DNA of 64,000 bases from Minisyncoccota bacterium (lineage in GTDB: Bacteria > Patescibacteriota > Minisyncoccia > Phycocordibacterales > UBA5272), in the NCBI GenBank assembly GCA_018062965.1, contig JAGORG010000002.1, positions 1,860 through 65,859 of the forward strand, in the 5' to 3' direction. The notes under the pieces are model-generated. The model was not told the origin of the DNA. It saw only the letters and a program-made list of their open reading frames with translations, and did no database searches. Positions 39,113 through 49,166 of the stretch are shown here, one piece after another (within the stretch, counting starts at the first letter, position 1; every line of letters starts with the position of its first letter). A program made the translations under genes and the position numbers.

Positions 39113-39676
39113 TTATTTTATATTCATATAATAGGTCTCCAACTTCAGCTGAAAATCAAAGAGTCCAGTAGCATCAGCTGGTGGAGTCACACTGACAGAA
39201 CGTACAGCGTAAATACGCTTACTTGTTTCAAAGTTATGAAGCAGTTCTTTAAATTTTTCATACGTACCTTTTGTTGAAACTGTAACAGTATATGAACTCA
39301 CACCTGTTTTCCCACCTGAACCAGGATTTTGATTGTATGATATGTTCTCGAGGGCGAAACCGGTTTGGTTTGCAATACTGTTAACTTCACTCACAAGACG
39401 AACCTCGTCTATTTGATCAGGAACCATAACAGCCAACGTTTCTTTTGCTTCAGGAGAAAGTGCACGGTACTGGCGACTCAAGTTTTGAGACTGATCAACG
39501 AGCTTTTGAGCTTGTGCGATAGTTGTATCGTAGCTTTCGTTTAAGTCACGTAGTGGTGCAACCCCCATACTAGGTTGATAGATAGTTCCTATTCCTGTAT
39601 ACAAAGGAGAAATCAATAGGTAGTACAGTGATCCTGATGCAACAACAAGTAGTAGGTTGAGAATTTTAGGTGACAT
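39113..39676 (-). CDS. PilO-like pilus assembly protein
   Basis: N-terminal transmembrane helix then a coiled region. Position follows PilN-like and PilM genes. Confidence 0.5.
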   Translation of the reverse strand: MSPKILNLLLVVASGSLYYLLISPLYTGIGTIYQPSMGVAPLRDLNESYDTTIAQAQKLVDQSQNLSRQYRALSPEAKETLAVMVPDQIDEVRLVSEVNSIANQTGFALENISYNQNPGSGGKTGVSSYTVTVSTKGTYEKFKELLHNFETSKRIYAVRSVSVTPPADATGLFDFQLKLETYYMNIK

Positions 39677-39678
39677 AG

Positions 39679-40446
39679 TTATTGTGTACTAGAGTTACCA
39701 AACGGCACCTGAGGATTTGTACTAGTACCAAATGCTCCCCCATTCTGAGGTACTGTTTCTGAAGTGGTTTGCTCTTCACGGAAAATAACTTCTTCTGGTA
39801 AAACCCCACGAATAGCTGCGTTGAAGGTAATTCCGAAACTAACTTTGCCCGAAGCGTCAGGTCGCAGATTTTTTACCTGAACCTGTGACATGTACTTTGA
39901 GTACGGTTCACGTTTAAATGTTTCAACCTGCTGCACGATACTTCTGTAATCTGGAGCTGCTCCTTCGAGTGTGCCGATGTATGCAGCTGCAGTTAAATCA
40001 TTTTGAATAGTAAACTTTGAAAAGATAATATTATTTTCGACACTGTCTTCAAGGACTTTAAACATCACGTTTGCAAACGGATGATCTTTGATGAGTTGAT
40101 TGGCAGCTTTAAGACGCGCAGAGAGCTTGCGTATATCCTGAAGAGGAACTGAGGCTAGCTGAGATTCAAATGTAGCCAAAGCTTGCTTCTTGCCTTCAAT
40201 TTGAGCCTGGAGATACCATTGATACACAAATAGCACAACAGTTATAAGGAGTAGGATACCGAACAGGATTGTCAAAAGACGGGTGAGTAGGCTTTTTGTA
40301 TCTGGAGTATTGTTATATGAACCACGCGGAATATCCCCCATTGATGATAGCTGCGGCTTTGGGGCTTCGGTTTGAGGAGATGACATAGACACAGGAGACG
40401 CCCCTGGTGCTTGAGATGATGAAGGTGATGTAAATGAAAAATTCAT
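39679..40446 (-). CDS. PilN-like pilus assembly protein with Pro/Ser-rich N-terminus
   Basis: Single transmembrane helix LLTRLLTILFGILLLITVVLF then a coiled-coil. Lies next to pilM. Confidence 0.5.
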   Translation of the reverse strand: MNFSFTSPSSSQAPGASPVSMSSPQTEAPKPQLSSMGDIPRGSYNNTPDTKSLLTRLLTILFGILLLITVVLFVYQWYLQAQIEGKKQALATFESQLASVPLQDIRKLSARLKAANQLIKDHPFANVMFKVLEDSVENNIIFSKFTIQNDLTAAAYIGTLEGAAPDYRSIVQQVETFKREPYSKYMSQVQVKNLRPDASGKVSFGITFNAAIRGVLPEEVIFREEQTTSETVPQNGGAFGTSTNPQVPFGNSSTQ

Positions 40447-40451
40447 GAGTC

Positions 40452-41522
40452 TTATGAAATGAGTTTTTTGAGGGCGAGACCTACAGCAACAGCATATGAT
40501 GGTCCGATTCGGGACATCATCTCTGACAAGAAGTCAGGAACTTTGACTTGTTCAAATGGTGTACCTATCACTGCAGGCAAATGAACAACTTGTTTGTATG
40601 CTTCAAGCGCACCACGTACTCGCGCCCCTCCTCCTACAAGGATTACTCCTTCTATAGTTTGATTATACTTTCTTTCGTACATAAGCGATAGACGTGCAAC
40701 CTCCCCAAACAGTGGATAACTAGAAAGCTCCATCACTTCTTTTATGTACGGGTTTGATGCATCCCCCATATATCCGAATGTTCTTTTTGTTTCTTCTGCT
40801 GTCGCAAGAGGAACGGCGAGCGCTTTAGAGAGCTGCTGTGTTCCTTCTTGCGAACCGTGACTTATCACATGCATATCAAGTACAACTTGGCCTCGTATCA
40901 AACTAACCGTTGTGTAACGTGAACCAATATCAACCACGAGCGTCATCCCCATCGAATGGGTCGCGACACTTCGCACCAAACTAAAACCTTCTATCTCGAA
41001 TTCAACATGCTGCAACCCCAAACGAGTCGCAAGACGATTATACATTTCAAGTGTTTCATTTTTAACTGCAGCTAGTACAACCTGCATCGTACGAGCGTTT
41101 GCTGTACCTTCTGGAGCGTAGTCAGGAATATGCCAAAAGTCCATTTGTACTTCAGACAGTGGAATCGGAATATATTTTCGTGCTTCAAGAGGCATCATCG
41201 TTCGAAGTGCGTTCTCTTCAACTTTAGGAACTGTCACCATAGAAACAAACGCTGCTGGAGAATCGATAGACATCGTAGCAACTTTTGTTGATACTTTTGC
41301 CTCTTTAAACAAATCGCTCAGCGCTTCGTGTAGTTTTTCATCCCCAAGCTGTGTTGCCTGTCCAACCTCAAGACCTGCGTATGGACCAAGTGCGATTTCA
41401 CCGTAGGTTTCAAGTATGATGTTTTCTTTATCACGTTTTAGTTGCACCACCTTGATTGATGATGGTCCGATATCTATTCCGAGCGACTCATTGATTTCTC
41501 GTGCACCAAAGAAATTAAACAT
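40452..41522 (-). CDS. pilM: type IV pilus assembly ATPase-like protein PilM (actin fold)
   Basis: N-terminus GIDIGPSSIKVV. Actin-like ATPase pattern. Confidence 0.7.
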   Translation of the reverse strand: MFNFFGAREINESLGIDIGPSSIKVVQLKRDKENIILETYGEIALGPYAGLEVGQATQLGDEKLHEALSDLFKEAKVSTKVATMSIDSPAAFVSMVTVPKVEENALRTMMPLEARKYIPIPLSEVQMDFWHIPDYAPEGTANARTMQVVLAAVKNETLEMYNRLATRLGLQHVEFEIEGFSLVRSVATHSMGMTLVVDIGSRYTTVSLIRGQVVLDMHVISHGSQEGTQQLSKALAVPLATAEETKRTFGYMGDASNPYIKEVMELSSYPLFGEVARLSLMYERKYNQTIEGVILVGGGARVRGALEAYKQVVHLPAVIGTPFEQVKVPDFLSEMMSRIGPSYAVAVGLALKKLIS

Positions 41523-41574
41523 ACCTATAGTATAGCAGGCATACATCAAGAATTTTTTCTATATACTAGATTAC

Positions 41575-42189
41575 ATGTGGATGTTTTCAACTATCGTAGA
41601 TATATTATTTCCATCACGATGTTTTGTATGTCATAAAAAAGATGGCACCGCTTTATGTTCTGCATGTTTACAATCAAAGCGACGAGCAATTAGCACACCT
41701 GCGCCGTGGATACATAGTCACTTTGCATACCATGATATACGACACATCATTCACGCTATCAAGTACTACCGAAGAAAAGATCTTGTAGACCCACTAGTAA
41801 GAGCAACACTTACCCAAGACCTGCACAGTCACCTAGAGGGACTTGTACAGCCTACTCTTGTCCCTATCCCAACACCAACACTGCGACGCTTATCTCGTGG
41901 GTATAACCAAGCAGAAGTTATAGCAAAAGCGTACGCAAACTATTTGTCACTTCCGTGTTCATCAATACTTCATAGAAGAAACAGCGCTAGAAAAGTAAAA
42001 CTTGGGTCCCGCCACAAGCGCCTTCACGCATCCATAACGATGCATGTAGATAAAAAAGAACTTGTTCACGGCAAAGACATAATCTTGGTGGACGATGTTA
42101 CAACAACAGGAGCAACTCTTTTTGAAGCACATAGAATACTCAAGCAAGCCGGTGCTCGTACGGTGCGAGCAATAACACTCGCCCACTAA
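41575..42189 (+). CDS. comF: competence protein ComF-like phosphoribosyltransferase
   Basis: N-terminal zinc-finger CFVCHKKDGTALCSAC and a PRTase motif ILVDDVTTTGATL. Confidence 0.8.
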   Translation: MWMFSTIVDILFPSRCFVCHKKDGTALCSACLQSKRRAISTPAPWIHSHFAYHDIRHIIHAIKYYRRKDLVDPLVRATLTQDLHSHLEGLVQPTLVPIPTPTLRRLSRGYNQAEVIAKAYANYLSLPCSSILHRRNSARKVKLGSRHKRLHASITMHVDKKELVHGKDIILVDDVTTTGATLFEAHRILKQAGARTVRAITLAH

Positions 42190-42194
42190 ATATA

Positions 42195-42232
42195 CAAGCC
42201 CCGCGCCTATGGCGCGGGGCTTGTATATTAGT
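42195..42232. terminator. bidirectional hairpin caagccccgcgcctatggcgcggggcttg
   Basis: Perfect 11 bp stem between convergent genes. Confidence 0.6.
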
Positions 42233-42247
42233 AGATATCACCTAAAT

Positions 42248-42685
42248 CTATTCGCGTGGACCAAAAAGGTTTCGGAAAAAGCTGAATGCTCGTTCAGGTA
42301 CATTAAATGGTGTTCCTGAAGCTGAGATCTGAGCGCGCACATCTGCTCGCAACTCCTTCTTGTCTTCCTGGTATTCTTTACGAATTTCTTTTACATCCTT
42401 ACGGATTTCTTTCACTGTTGTTGTTGATCCATCTGGACGAACCATAACAGGTTTTTTGTCTCCAATAATTGCTTTTATTTTTATCTGATACTCATCGCGT
42501 AGTGCTTTGATTTTTGCCTCCATTTCTTTGTGAAGGGTACGTATCTGATTATCAATTGTCACGTCTCCTGTTGTTACTACAGCAGGAACTGCCACAGCGG
42601 CAGTAGTTGTAACAGCAATGTCTTCTGCGTTAGCAAATGAAAACATCGAGAACAATGCAATAGTTGATATAAGTGTCTTTTTCAT
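42248..42685 (-). CDS. secreted hypothetical protein (145 aa)
   Basis: Signal-peptide-like N-terminus. K/E-rich. Confidence 0.5.
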   Translation of the reverse strand: MKKTLISTIALFSMFSFANAEDIAVTTTAAVAVPAVVTTGDVTIDNQIRTLHKEMEAKIKALRDEYQIKIKAIIGDKKPVMVRPDGSTTTVKEIRKDVKEIRKEYQEDKKELRADVRAQISASGTPFNVPERAFSFFRNLFGPRE

Positions 42686-42787
42686 AAAGATAATTTGTGT
42701 TAGGCAAGCTAAGTAAGATATATGCCTACATAGAGTATAACAGTGGGCAGTATGTTTTGTGACATATCTATGCCCACTTACTTTATA

Positions 42788-43729
42788 CTAATCTATACGA
42801 ACATAATACTCTGTACTACCGTACAATGTATACCCATCATTTGTTTTCTTTGCATACACATGTGCGCGTGACCCAACTTTTTCTGCAACAGATCCAAAGT
42901 CTGGAATACCTGTTACCACACCCACAGTCATCTGTGTCCATCCAAGTGTTGTTACAACTTTTTTACCATCAACGGTGATACTACATTCACCATCTGCAAA
43001 GCACGATGTCGAATACGCAGTGATAGTTCCTTCAAATTTTTCAGCACCAACTTCTGGAGATGTGTTCATCAAATCTTTGATGACATTTCTTGTAAGCGGA
43101 CCGACAAATCCCGTTGAAGGTACTACGTACGCCCCTTGAAATGCTCGCACCGCTTTAAATGTTACAGGACCAAAATACCCTGTTGCAGTTCCTCGCATAA
43201 ACCCTCGCTCAATCAAAAATGTTTGAAGGTCCATTACTTGTTGTCCTCGTGTTCCAAAAAAAAGATTTTTTGTGATTGAAATACCCGTTTGTGTTTTTTG
43301 TTTAGTTGTAAATTCTACAGACAAACTTTCAAATTCATTTCCAGGACACGGTGTCGTTATGCATCGTATTGTGTTGTCTCTTTTGTAGAGCACTGTATAG
43401 GTTGTGTTTGGTTTAAGACTCGTTAGTATCACATCTGTCTTTCCAAGTTCAGTTTTTTGTGGGAGGCACGCAGTAGGTGTTGGATAAATAGCGATACACA
43501 CAAGATCTTTTTCTATGTATTCAAAATAGATACCAGCTTTTTCATCTTCAGAGATTCCACCTACAACGGCATTAGAAAGAGAGACACGTGCGGTTGTATC
43601 TGTAACAGACGATACAGTTGGCCCGTTAAAGTATTTTGCGGTTTCTTTTGGTTCAAATGCTGAAGCAGCCTGCGTAGAAACAAGAGCTGAAACAACAAAC
43701 ATGATAAAAAGTTTTTTAGATACGTTCAT
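42788..43729 (-). CDS. secreted protein with putative peptidoglycan-binding domain
   Basis: Signal peptide plus a PG_binding_1-like segment GQQVMDLQTFLIERGF...GYFGPVTFKAVRAFQ. Confidence 0.55.
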   Translation of the reverse strand: MNVSKKLFIMFVVSALVSTQAASAFEPKETAKYFNGPTVSSVTDTTARVSLSNAVVGGISEDEKAGIYFEYIEKDLVCIAIYPTPTACLPQKTELGKTDVILTSLKPNTTYTVLYKRDNTIRCITTPCPGNEFESLSVEFTTKQKTQTGISITKNLFFGTRGQQVMDLQTFLIERGFMRGTATGYFGPVTFKAVRAFQGAYVVPSTGFVGPLTRNVIKDLMNTSPEVGAEKFEGTITAYSTSCFADGECSITVDGKKVVTTLGWTQMTVGVVTGIPDFGSVAEKVGSRAHVYAKKTNDGYTLYGSTEYYVRID

Positions 43730-43802
43730 AGTAGCGATATATAGGTTTAGTACTTTCTATAACACATAACAGTGGCAATATGTGACATGCTCTGTATACC
43801 CT

Positions 43803-44972
43803 TTATTTATTCAAACGTTCTATATACGCGCCATACCCTTCTGCTTCCATAGAAGACACTCCGACAAATCTAAGTGCAGCACTATTCATACAGTAGCGCT
43901 TGCCACCTCTGTCTTGTGGTCCGTCATCAAACACATGCCCAAGGTGCGAGTCAGCGACCGCGCTTCGCACTTCTGTGCGCACAGAAAACAATCGCTTGTC
44001 TTCATGAAGTGTAACGGCACCCTCGTCGATTGGACGTACAAAACTTGGCCAGCCTGTACCTGAATCGTATTTGTCAGTCGACAAAAAGAGAGGTTCTCCA
44101 CTTACGAGATCAACATAGATACCTGATTCTTTGTTGTCATGATACGCGTTATCATACGGTCGCTCTGTTCCTTCTTCTTGAGTAACTTCATACTGAATCG
44201 GAGTGAGTTCTTTGATCCGCTTTTGTTTTTGTTCTTCTGTAAATAAATTCCATGATGTAGTCATAGGTTGTGTTTTAAAAATACTATCTATAAATGGCGC
44301 ACCCTCTACCCAATGTTCTCGCACAAAAGCATTACGCCCGCTTCCTTCTCGATACACCGCGTACCGAACAGAATTTTTGTCTTTATAGTTTTGGTGATAC
44401 TCCTCTGCTAGATAAAACTTCTGCGCAGGCAGAACCTCAACTACAGTAGGCTGTGCGAACTTTCTTGATGCACCAATACGAGCTAGTAACGCATTAGCTT
44501 CACGCGCCTGTTCTTCTGTAGTGTAGTAGATTGCCGGAGAATACTGATACCCCCGATCTGCAAACTGTCCTCCAGCATCTGTTGGATCAATATGTCTCAT
44601 GTACAATTCCAAAATTGTTTCTGTAGAAATAGTACGTGGGTCGTATATGACTTCCACAGCTTCTCGAGCTTTCACCTCTCCACTAGAAACTTCTGCATAC
44701 CGAGGACCTTCACTTTCAGTATAGTTTCTCTCCACACTCGTATACCCAGACATTGCAGACACAACACCGGATACATGTTCGTATTCTGCTTCTGTGCACC
44801 AAAAACATCCACCAGCAACGACGATGCGCACATATGTTCCATTCGCCAAAGCGGTTTCTAGTGATAAGTCATTCGTCGCACGAGGAGAGACAGCTCGCAT
44901 GTATGTATTAAAGAGGATAAACATAATGCACAAACTACCAACAACAAACAATATAGTAGTCAAAGGTGACAT
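43803..44972 (-). CDS. msrAB: bifunctional methionine sulfoxide reductase MsrA-MsrB with N-terminal membrane anchor
   Basis: MsrA active site GGCFWC, followed by the MsrB region around RYCMNSAAL. Start uncertain. Confidence 0.8.
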   Translation of the reverse strand: MSPLTTILFVVGSLCIMFILFNTYMRAVSPRATNDLSLETALANGTYVRIVVAGGCFWCTEAEYEHVSGVVSAMSGYTSVERNYTESEGPRYAEVSSGEVKAREAVEVIYDPRTISTETILELYMRHIDPTDAGGQFADRGYQYSPAIYYTTEEQAREANALLARIGASRKFAQPTVVEVLPAQKFYLAEEYHQNYKDKNSVRYAVYREGSGRNAFVREHWVEGAPFIDSIFKTQPMTTSWNLFTEEQKQKRIKELTPIQYEVTQEEGTERPYDNAYHDNKESGIYVDLVSGEPLFLSTDKYDSGTGWPSFVRPIDEGAVTLHEDKRLFSVRTEVRSAVADSHLGHVFDDGPQDRGGKRYCMNSAALRFVGVSSMEAEGYGAYIERLNK

Positions 44973-45067
44973 AGATCGAAGTATTGTTCTCACATTAATG
45001 AGTATACACAAGGGATAGCTAATAAGCCCACAATCTCACACACAAACTGTTTAGTAGATAACAAATA

Positions 45068-45790
45068 CTAACGACTCACAGGTTTTTCCCATCCTGTTAA
45101 ATCGAGAGTAAATGGCTCACTATCACTTTGATACTGATTCGCCTTGTCTATAAGAGCTTGGTCAGCTGGTGAATATACAGGACTACAAGAATCCGGTCCG
45201 TCTTTTAGACAATCTACTATTTCAGGGTAATACGAAAGACCTGCTCTTATTTTGTATCGTTTACCTGTCTCAAGACTAACTATAGTTGAAGTTCCTTGGT
45301 AAGAAGAATACATTCCTCTATCAAGCTCCCTCTCTATATCCCACAACGTACCCACAGTATCCACCTTTGGGCTTGGTGCAGGACCTATACTGTTACCTAT
45401 CACCTCATCTCCTTCTGCAGGTAAAAGAGAAAGTCTAATATAAGCCTTTTCCTTTTGGAACGTCTGAAGAATTGCTGGATCAACAAGATCCCACGAGATA
45501 AAAATCGGACCCTCTGTAATCTTAAAGTTCGCACCTTCCATTGGTGACTTAAACGTAAGCAGCGCCAACTTGCTCGTTGTAGCTGTTTGCACTGTTGGAC
45601 TAGTGATTTCTGCTGTAGCCACTTTTTGTTCTTCAATAAGAACAATCTGAGAAGCTGCAAGCCCCACCCCAAACCCTACAACCAATAGAGCAGCTGCGCG
45701 TAGAAAACTTTTATACATAGAAGTATCTTTCTGCGGTACAGGACTGATATCCGTGCTCTGTGGTTGGCTTGGTAGTGTCTCTGGATTCAT
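45068..45790 (-). CDS. hypothetical membrane-anchored/secreted protein (240 aa)
   Basis: N-terminal low-complexity region then a transmembrane helix. Preceded by the R1 leader repeat. Confidence 0.5.
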   Translation of the reverse strand: MNPETLPSQPQSTDISPVPQKDTSMYKSFLRAAALLVVGFGVGLAASQIVLIEEQKVATAEITSPTVQTATTSKLALLTFKSPMEGANFKITEGPIFISWDLVDPAILQTFQKEKAYIRLSLLPAEGDEVIGNSIGPAPSPKVDTVGTLWDIERELDRGMYSSYQGTSTIVSLETGKRYKIRAGLSYYPEIVDCLKDGPDSCSPVYSPADQALIDKANQYQSDSEPFTLDLTGWEKPVSR

Positions 45791-45870
45791 AGTGTTAGAT
45801 GTAAATTAAATGTTTGATGAATGCGTTAAGTATAGCAGCTACTCTCGTAAAGATTTTGAGACATCTCCAC

Positions 45871-45925
45871 AAAAACCCCTTTGGGGGTTTGTTCTTGCGG
45901 AGACTCTAGGATGAAGTTGGAACGA
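45871..45925. repeat. R1: hairpin plus roughly 35 bp repeat (ttcttgcggagactctaggatgaagttggaacga)
   Basis: About 85% identical to R2 at 46824. Confidence 0.55.
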
Positions 45926-45935
45926 GTTAAAAAAA

Positions 45936-46679
45936 CTACTTGCTGATTACGATACCTCTTCCAGCGTAGTAACTTAGGAACTCTTTTTCTGATAGTTTAT
46001 GATTTATTTGAGTATTGTTACTGACGAAACCCGACGGGTTGTTTATACTTATTGTTTTATTGTTTAAATCATATCCAGTTACAAGAACTAAATGCCCACC
46101 TTTTTGATGTATTGGAGCAGTAGCATACCCTCGGATATTTGGATTCACAGAGATGATAACCAACCTTCCTTTTGACAGGGCGTAGCAGATCCCCTTCATG
46201 CTTAATTTTGTATAGATATCAGCATGTACATTATATTTTTTAATCCATTTCGCAAACTCTCTATACTTCATTGCAGATAGTTCTTTTTTACTTTCCGTAT
46301 ATACACCATGCAGCAGAGCATCTTCTGCGAGCAAAGCTGGTTTAATATTTTTGTTCTCAAAATGAGATAGTGCCATGGCAGTAGAAGCCATACCACACAT
46401 CGTAAACGCCCACTCCGCATATCTTTTAGGTGAACTAGCGCCGGTTTCTGCCCAATGTGGGTCGTTCAGTGGATCGAGTTCTTTTTTCAAACTCAGTTCT
46501 GCGTGCTCTGGTTTCGCGAATTGGCACACATATGAAATATCGTAACTAACCTTGTTAGATGTAGGAGAAAATTTTGTTACAAACTTGTAAACAATATTTT
46601 TTACCTCTTGAAGTATTCCATATATGATTCTCATTCGAGTTAGTATATCAGAGCTGTTTTTATGATATGACTTGTTCAT
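45936..46679 (-). CDS. peptidase C39-like domain protein (papain-like Cys/His)
   Basis: ...AEWAFTMCGMASTAMAL... with a downstream His in GGHLVLVTGYD, as in Peptidase_C39_2-like proteins. Confidence 0.55.
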   Translation of the reverse strand: MNKSYHKNSSDILTRMRIIYGILQEVKNIVYKFVTKFSPTSNKVSYDISYVCQFAKPEHAELSLKKELDPLNDPHWAETGASSPKRYAEWAFTMCGMASTAMALSHFENKNIKPALLAEDALLHGVYTESKKELSAMKYREFAKWIKKYNVHADIYTKLSMKGICYALSKGRLVIISVNPNIRGYATAPIHQKGGHLVLVTGYDLNNKTISINNPSGFVSNNTQINHKLSEKEFLSYYAGRGIVISK

Positions 46680-46783
46680 CTGGAATTAGAACTAACTTTT
46701 TCTTTAATAAAAAGCGTTTAAAACGAAAGACTATATTGCGGAGGCATATTCATAGTCACGAGTATGCTCCTTGAAATGCACTG

Positions 46784-46855
46784 CGCAAAATCTGGTCGCG
46801 AGTACGCTCGCGATTTTGCGGGGACTCTGAGACGAAGTTGGAACAATTATAACTT
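46784..46855. repeat. R2: nested hairpin plus repeat ttttgcggggactctgagacgaagttggaaca
   Basis: Copy of R1. Lies in the upstream region of the C39-like gene. Confidence 0.55.
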
Positions 46856-46871
46856 CTGGTAAACTGTCCAC

Positions 46872-47423
46872 ATGAGCATAACTTTTATTACAGGACACGC
46901 AAAGAAGGCTGAACAATTGTCTAGACACTTGGATTATGAAGTGAGCCATCAGAAGTTAGACTTGAAAGAAATCCAGTCTCTGGACCCTGTAGAAGTTACA
47001 ACTTACAAAGCAAAGGAGGCGTACATCCTACTTAAAAAACCTGTTTTAGTGGAGGACGTTTCTATTCGCTTTGAAGCTTTGGGAAGGTTACCAGGTACTT
47101 TAATCAAGTGGTTTTTGGAGGAACTGAAAGTAGAAGGATTGTGTAAGTTACTTAATGGATATCAAACCAGAAAAGCAGTAGTCGCTCCGTACTTTGGACT
47201 ATGTGTTGACGGAGAAAAAGTAGAAATCTTTACCGCAGAGATAGTTGGAGAAATTACAAAAGAACCTAGAGGGGAAAATGGTTTTGGTTTGGATAGTATT
47301 TTTATTCCGGATGGTTATACCAAAACTTGGGGACAAATGAATGATGAGGAACAAAATGAAACATCGGCAAGAAAATTGGCACTCAAAAAACTACACGCTT
47401 ATTTGCAGGAAAATAAAATCTAA
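46872..47423 (+). CDS. rdgB: non-canonical purine NTP pyrophosphatase (RdgB/Ham1 family)
   Basis: ITF(I/V)TGN-type N-terminus, a central region around FGLCVDGEK, and a C-terminal block around GLDSIFIPDG. Confidence 0.7.
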   Translation: MSITFITGHAKKAEQLSRHLDYEVSHQKLDLKEIQSLDPVEVTTYKAKEAYILLKKPVLVEDVSIRFEALGRLPGTLIKWFLEELKVEGLCKLLNGYQTRKAVVAPYFGLCVDGEKVEIFTAEIVGEITKEPRGENGFGLDSIFIPDGYTKTWGQMNDEEQNETSARKLALKKLHAYLQENKI

Positions 47424-47678
47424 AACTCTGTTGCGGAGAGAGTGGGATATTCGGTCACAAAACTACCTCGCGTTGCTCGAAGTAGTTTCGCGACCCCTAT
47501 TCGAATCCCACCGAAAAGACATGCAGATATCTTTTCTTCTCTCCACCAAATAAAAATGGCCCTTACGGGCTCATTTTTAAACTGGCGGTGAATATGGGTT
47601 AAGTGCCCACACTCTCAAGCGCTATAAGGATATTTTAGAGGAATTTTGAGAACTTATTTGAGGCACTCGGGTCGAGTG

Positions 47679-48053
47679 TTATTTACTGAGGTGTTCGTGG
47701 ATAAATTGCAGTTTGTCTCCGTTTCGAATAATTACATTTGTTCCCCGACCGCTTCCGCTCTTTTGTACCCCATCAACTATTCCCGACCAATTAAAGGTAT
47801 AGGTAATAGAAGCTGAATTTGAATCGGCGACTATGATCTTGAGGTCGGAAAGTGAATAAGTCTCGTTTTTAATTGAGCCCCAAGTGTTCTCAAAGGCTTT
47901 TTGAATAGCTTCAATACCTACAAAATCACCGTCCGTAAACCGGTATATGGCTTCAGAATGAACCAAACCAATAACATTAGAAAATACGTGGGAATTTGTA
48001 ACATCCTCGTACTTTTTTAAGAATTCTTTTATTTCTGATTCTGTGATGTTCAT
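47679..48053 (-). CDS. NTF2-like (SnoaL/DUF4440-like) small protein
   Basis: Size and alternating pattern are typical of the NTF2 fold. Weak. Confidence 0.4.
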   Translation of the reverse strand: MNITESEIKEFLKKYEDVTNSHVFSNVIGLVHSEAIYRFTDGDFVGIEAIQKAFENTWGSIKNETYSLSDLKIIVADSNSASITYTFNWSGIVDGVQKSGSGRGTNVIIRNGDKLQFIHEHLSK

Positions 48054-48214
48054 GGATTTTTTTAGGTACTCGGGTCTAGTTCGACACTTTTTTATTTTGG
48101 CGGAGATGGTGAGTTAGGTGCCTATAGGGTTAATCCGTGTAAGGTTATTCTAGCATCTTTGGCTTAGTCAGTTTGAGGATAGTGGGTTGGATAAATATAT
48201 TTCAAATGTTGACT

Positions 48215-48469
48215 CTAGTTTAGGGTAAACATTAAGTAAATAAAAGGTGCCCAACCTAAAAAGAAAATAATAAAAAAAGAAAAAATTAGTACCTTTTTTA
48301 AATTAGTGCGGAAAGTTTTACTTTTAACTACTTCTCTGACTTTGCTTATATTTTTATTGTCACCATAATTTTTTATGAAATATACATATACCCACTTAAT
48401 TATAGCTATAAGTCCTGCGAGGCTTATTATCACAAGAAACTGCTCAACAAAGGTTAAGTTATTATTCAT
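48215..48469 (-). CDS. small membrane protein (84 aa) in AT-rich islet
   Basis: Two hydrophobic helices. Very AT-rich codon usage. Confidence 0.4.
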   Translation of the reverse strand: MNNNLTFVEQFLVIISLAGLIAIIKWVYVYFIKNYGDNKNISKVREVVKSKTFRTNLKKVLIFSFFIIFFLGWAPFIYLMFTLN

Positions 48470-48602
48470 AGTAGTTAGTATAACAAAAGAGTTTGATGAG
48501 TATATATTTTTGGGAACCTTCGTAGAAGAATTATCTACGAAGATAAGGAGTTAAAGCCACTTGCTCAATAAAATGTTAAAATGTGAACTTTGAATTTACT
48601 TT

Positions 48603-49103
48603 TTACAGAGCATAATTCTTAGCTGGCTCTACAACCTCCTCCCATCCATAAACTTCTAATATACCTATTTTACTTGTATCAAAAGTTGGTAGAGGTGAAG
48701 GCAATTTACCAATAGAAACTAAGATTCCATACCTGTAGTTATAAGGTTCATTAAAATATGTAGATTCTATTTTTCTTAGGTCTGAAGTAAATTGTTTAAG
48801 TGTTGGATTCTTCTTAACTTCAAAAACTACGAAGTTATCTGAATTATTACCACGATGATGAATCGTAATATCAGGTCTTTGATTATTATATTTAACTAAC
48901 TCAACATCTAAATCATATTCTGGAAATTGTGTATGTAGTACCTGTCTTAGATGAGAACATATATTTAACTCCGAGGTATACCAAACCGAAGAATCATTAT
49001 CAGATATCCATTTTGCTGCATCTCTAACTTTTCTTTTGATTTCTTCTATATTCATAACTAAAAGCATAGCAAATGATAGTGGTCGAAATTTAAAAACCAT
49101 CAA
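48603..49103 (-). CDS. hypothetical protein (166 aa) in AT-rich islet
   Basis: Long ORF in a region of roughly 28% GC. Confidence 0.45.
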   Translation of the reverse strand: MMVFKFRPLSFAMLLVMNIEEIKRKVRDAAKWISDNDSSVWYTSELNICSHLRQVLHTQFPEYDLDVELVKYNNQRPDITIHHRGNNSDNFVVFEVKKNPTLKQFTSDLRKIESTYFNEPYNYRYGILVSIGKLPSPLPTFDTSKIGILEVYGWEEVVEPAKNYAL

Positions 49104-49166
49104 TTAAGATGGTTTTTAAATTCGTTTATTTTCCTACGCTCATCGAGCCCCAGAACCTAAACGACT

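Noticed and set aside
46731-46949. 72 aa minus-strand ORF overlapping the rdgB start and the R2 element
   Set aside because: It overlaps a repeat or hairpin element and the 5' end of a well-supported gene. There is no ribosome binding site.
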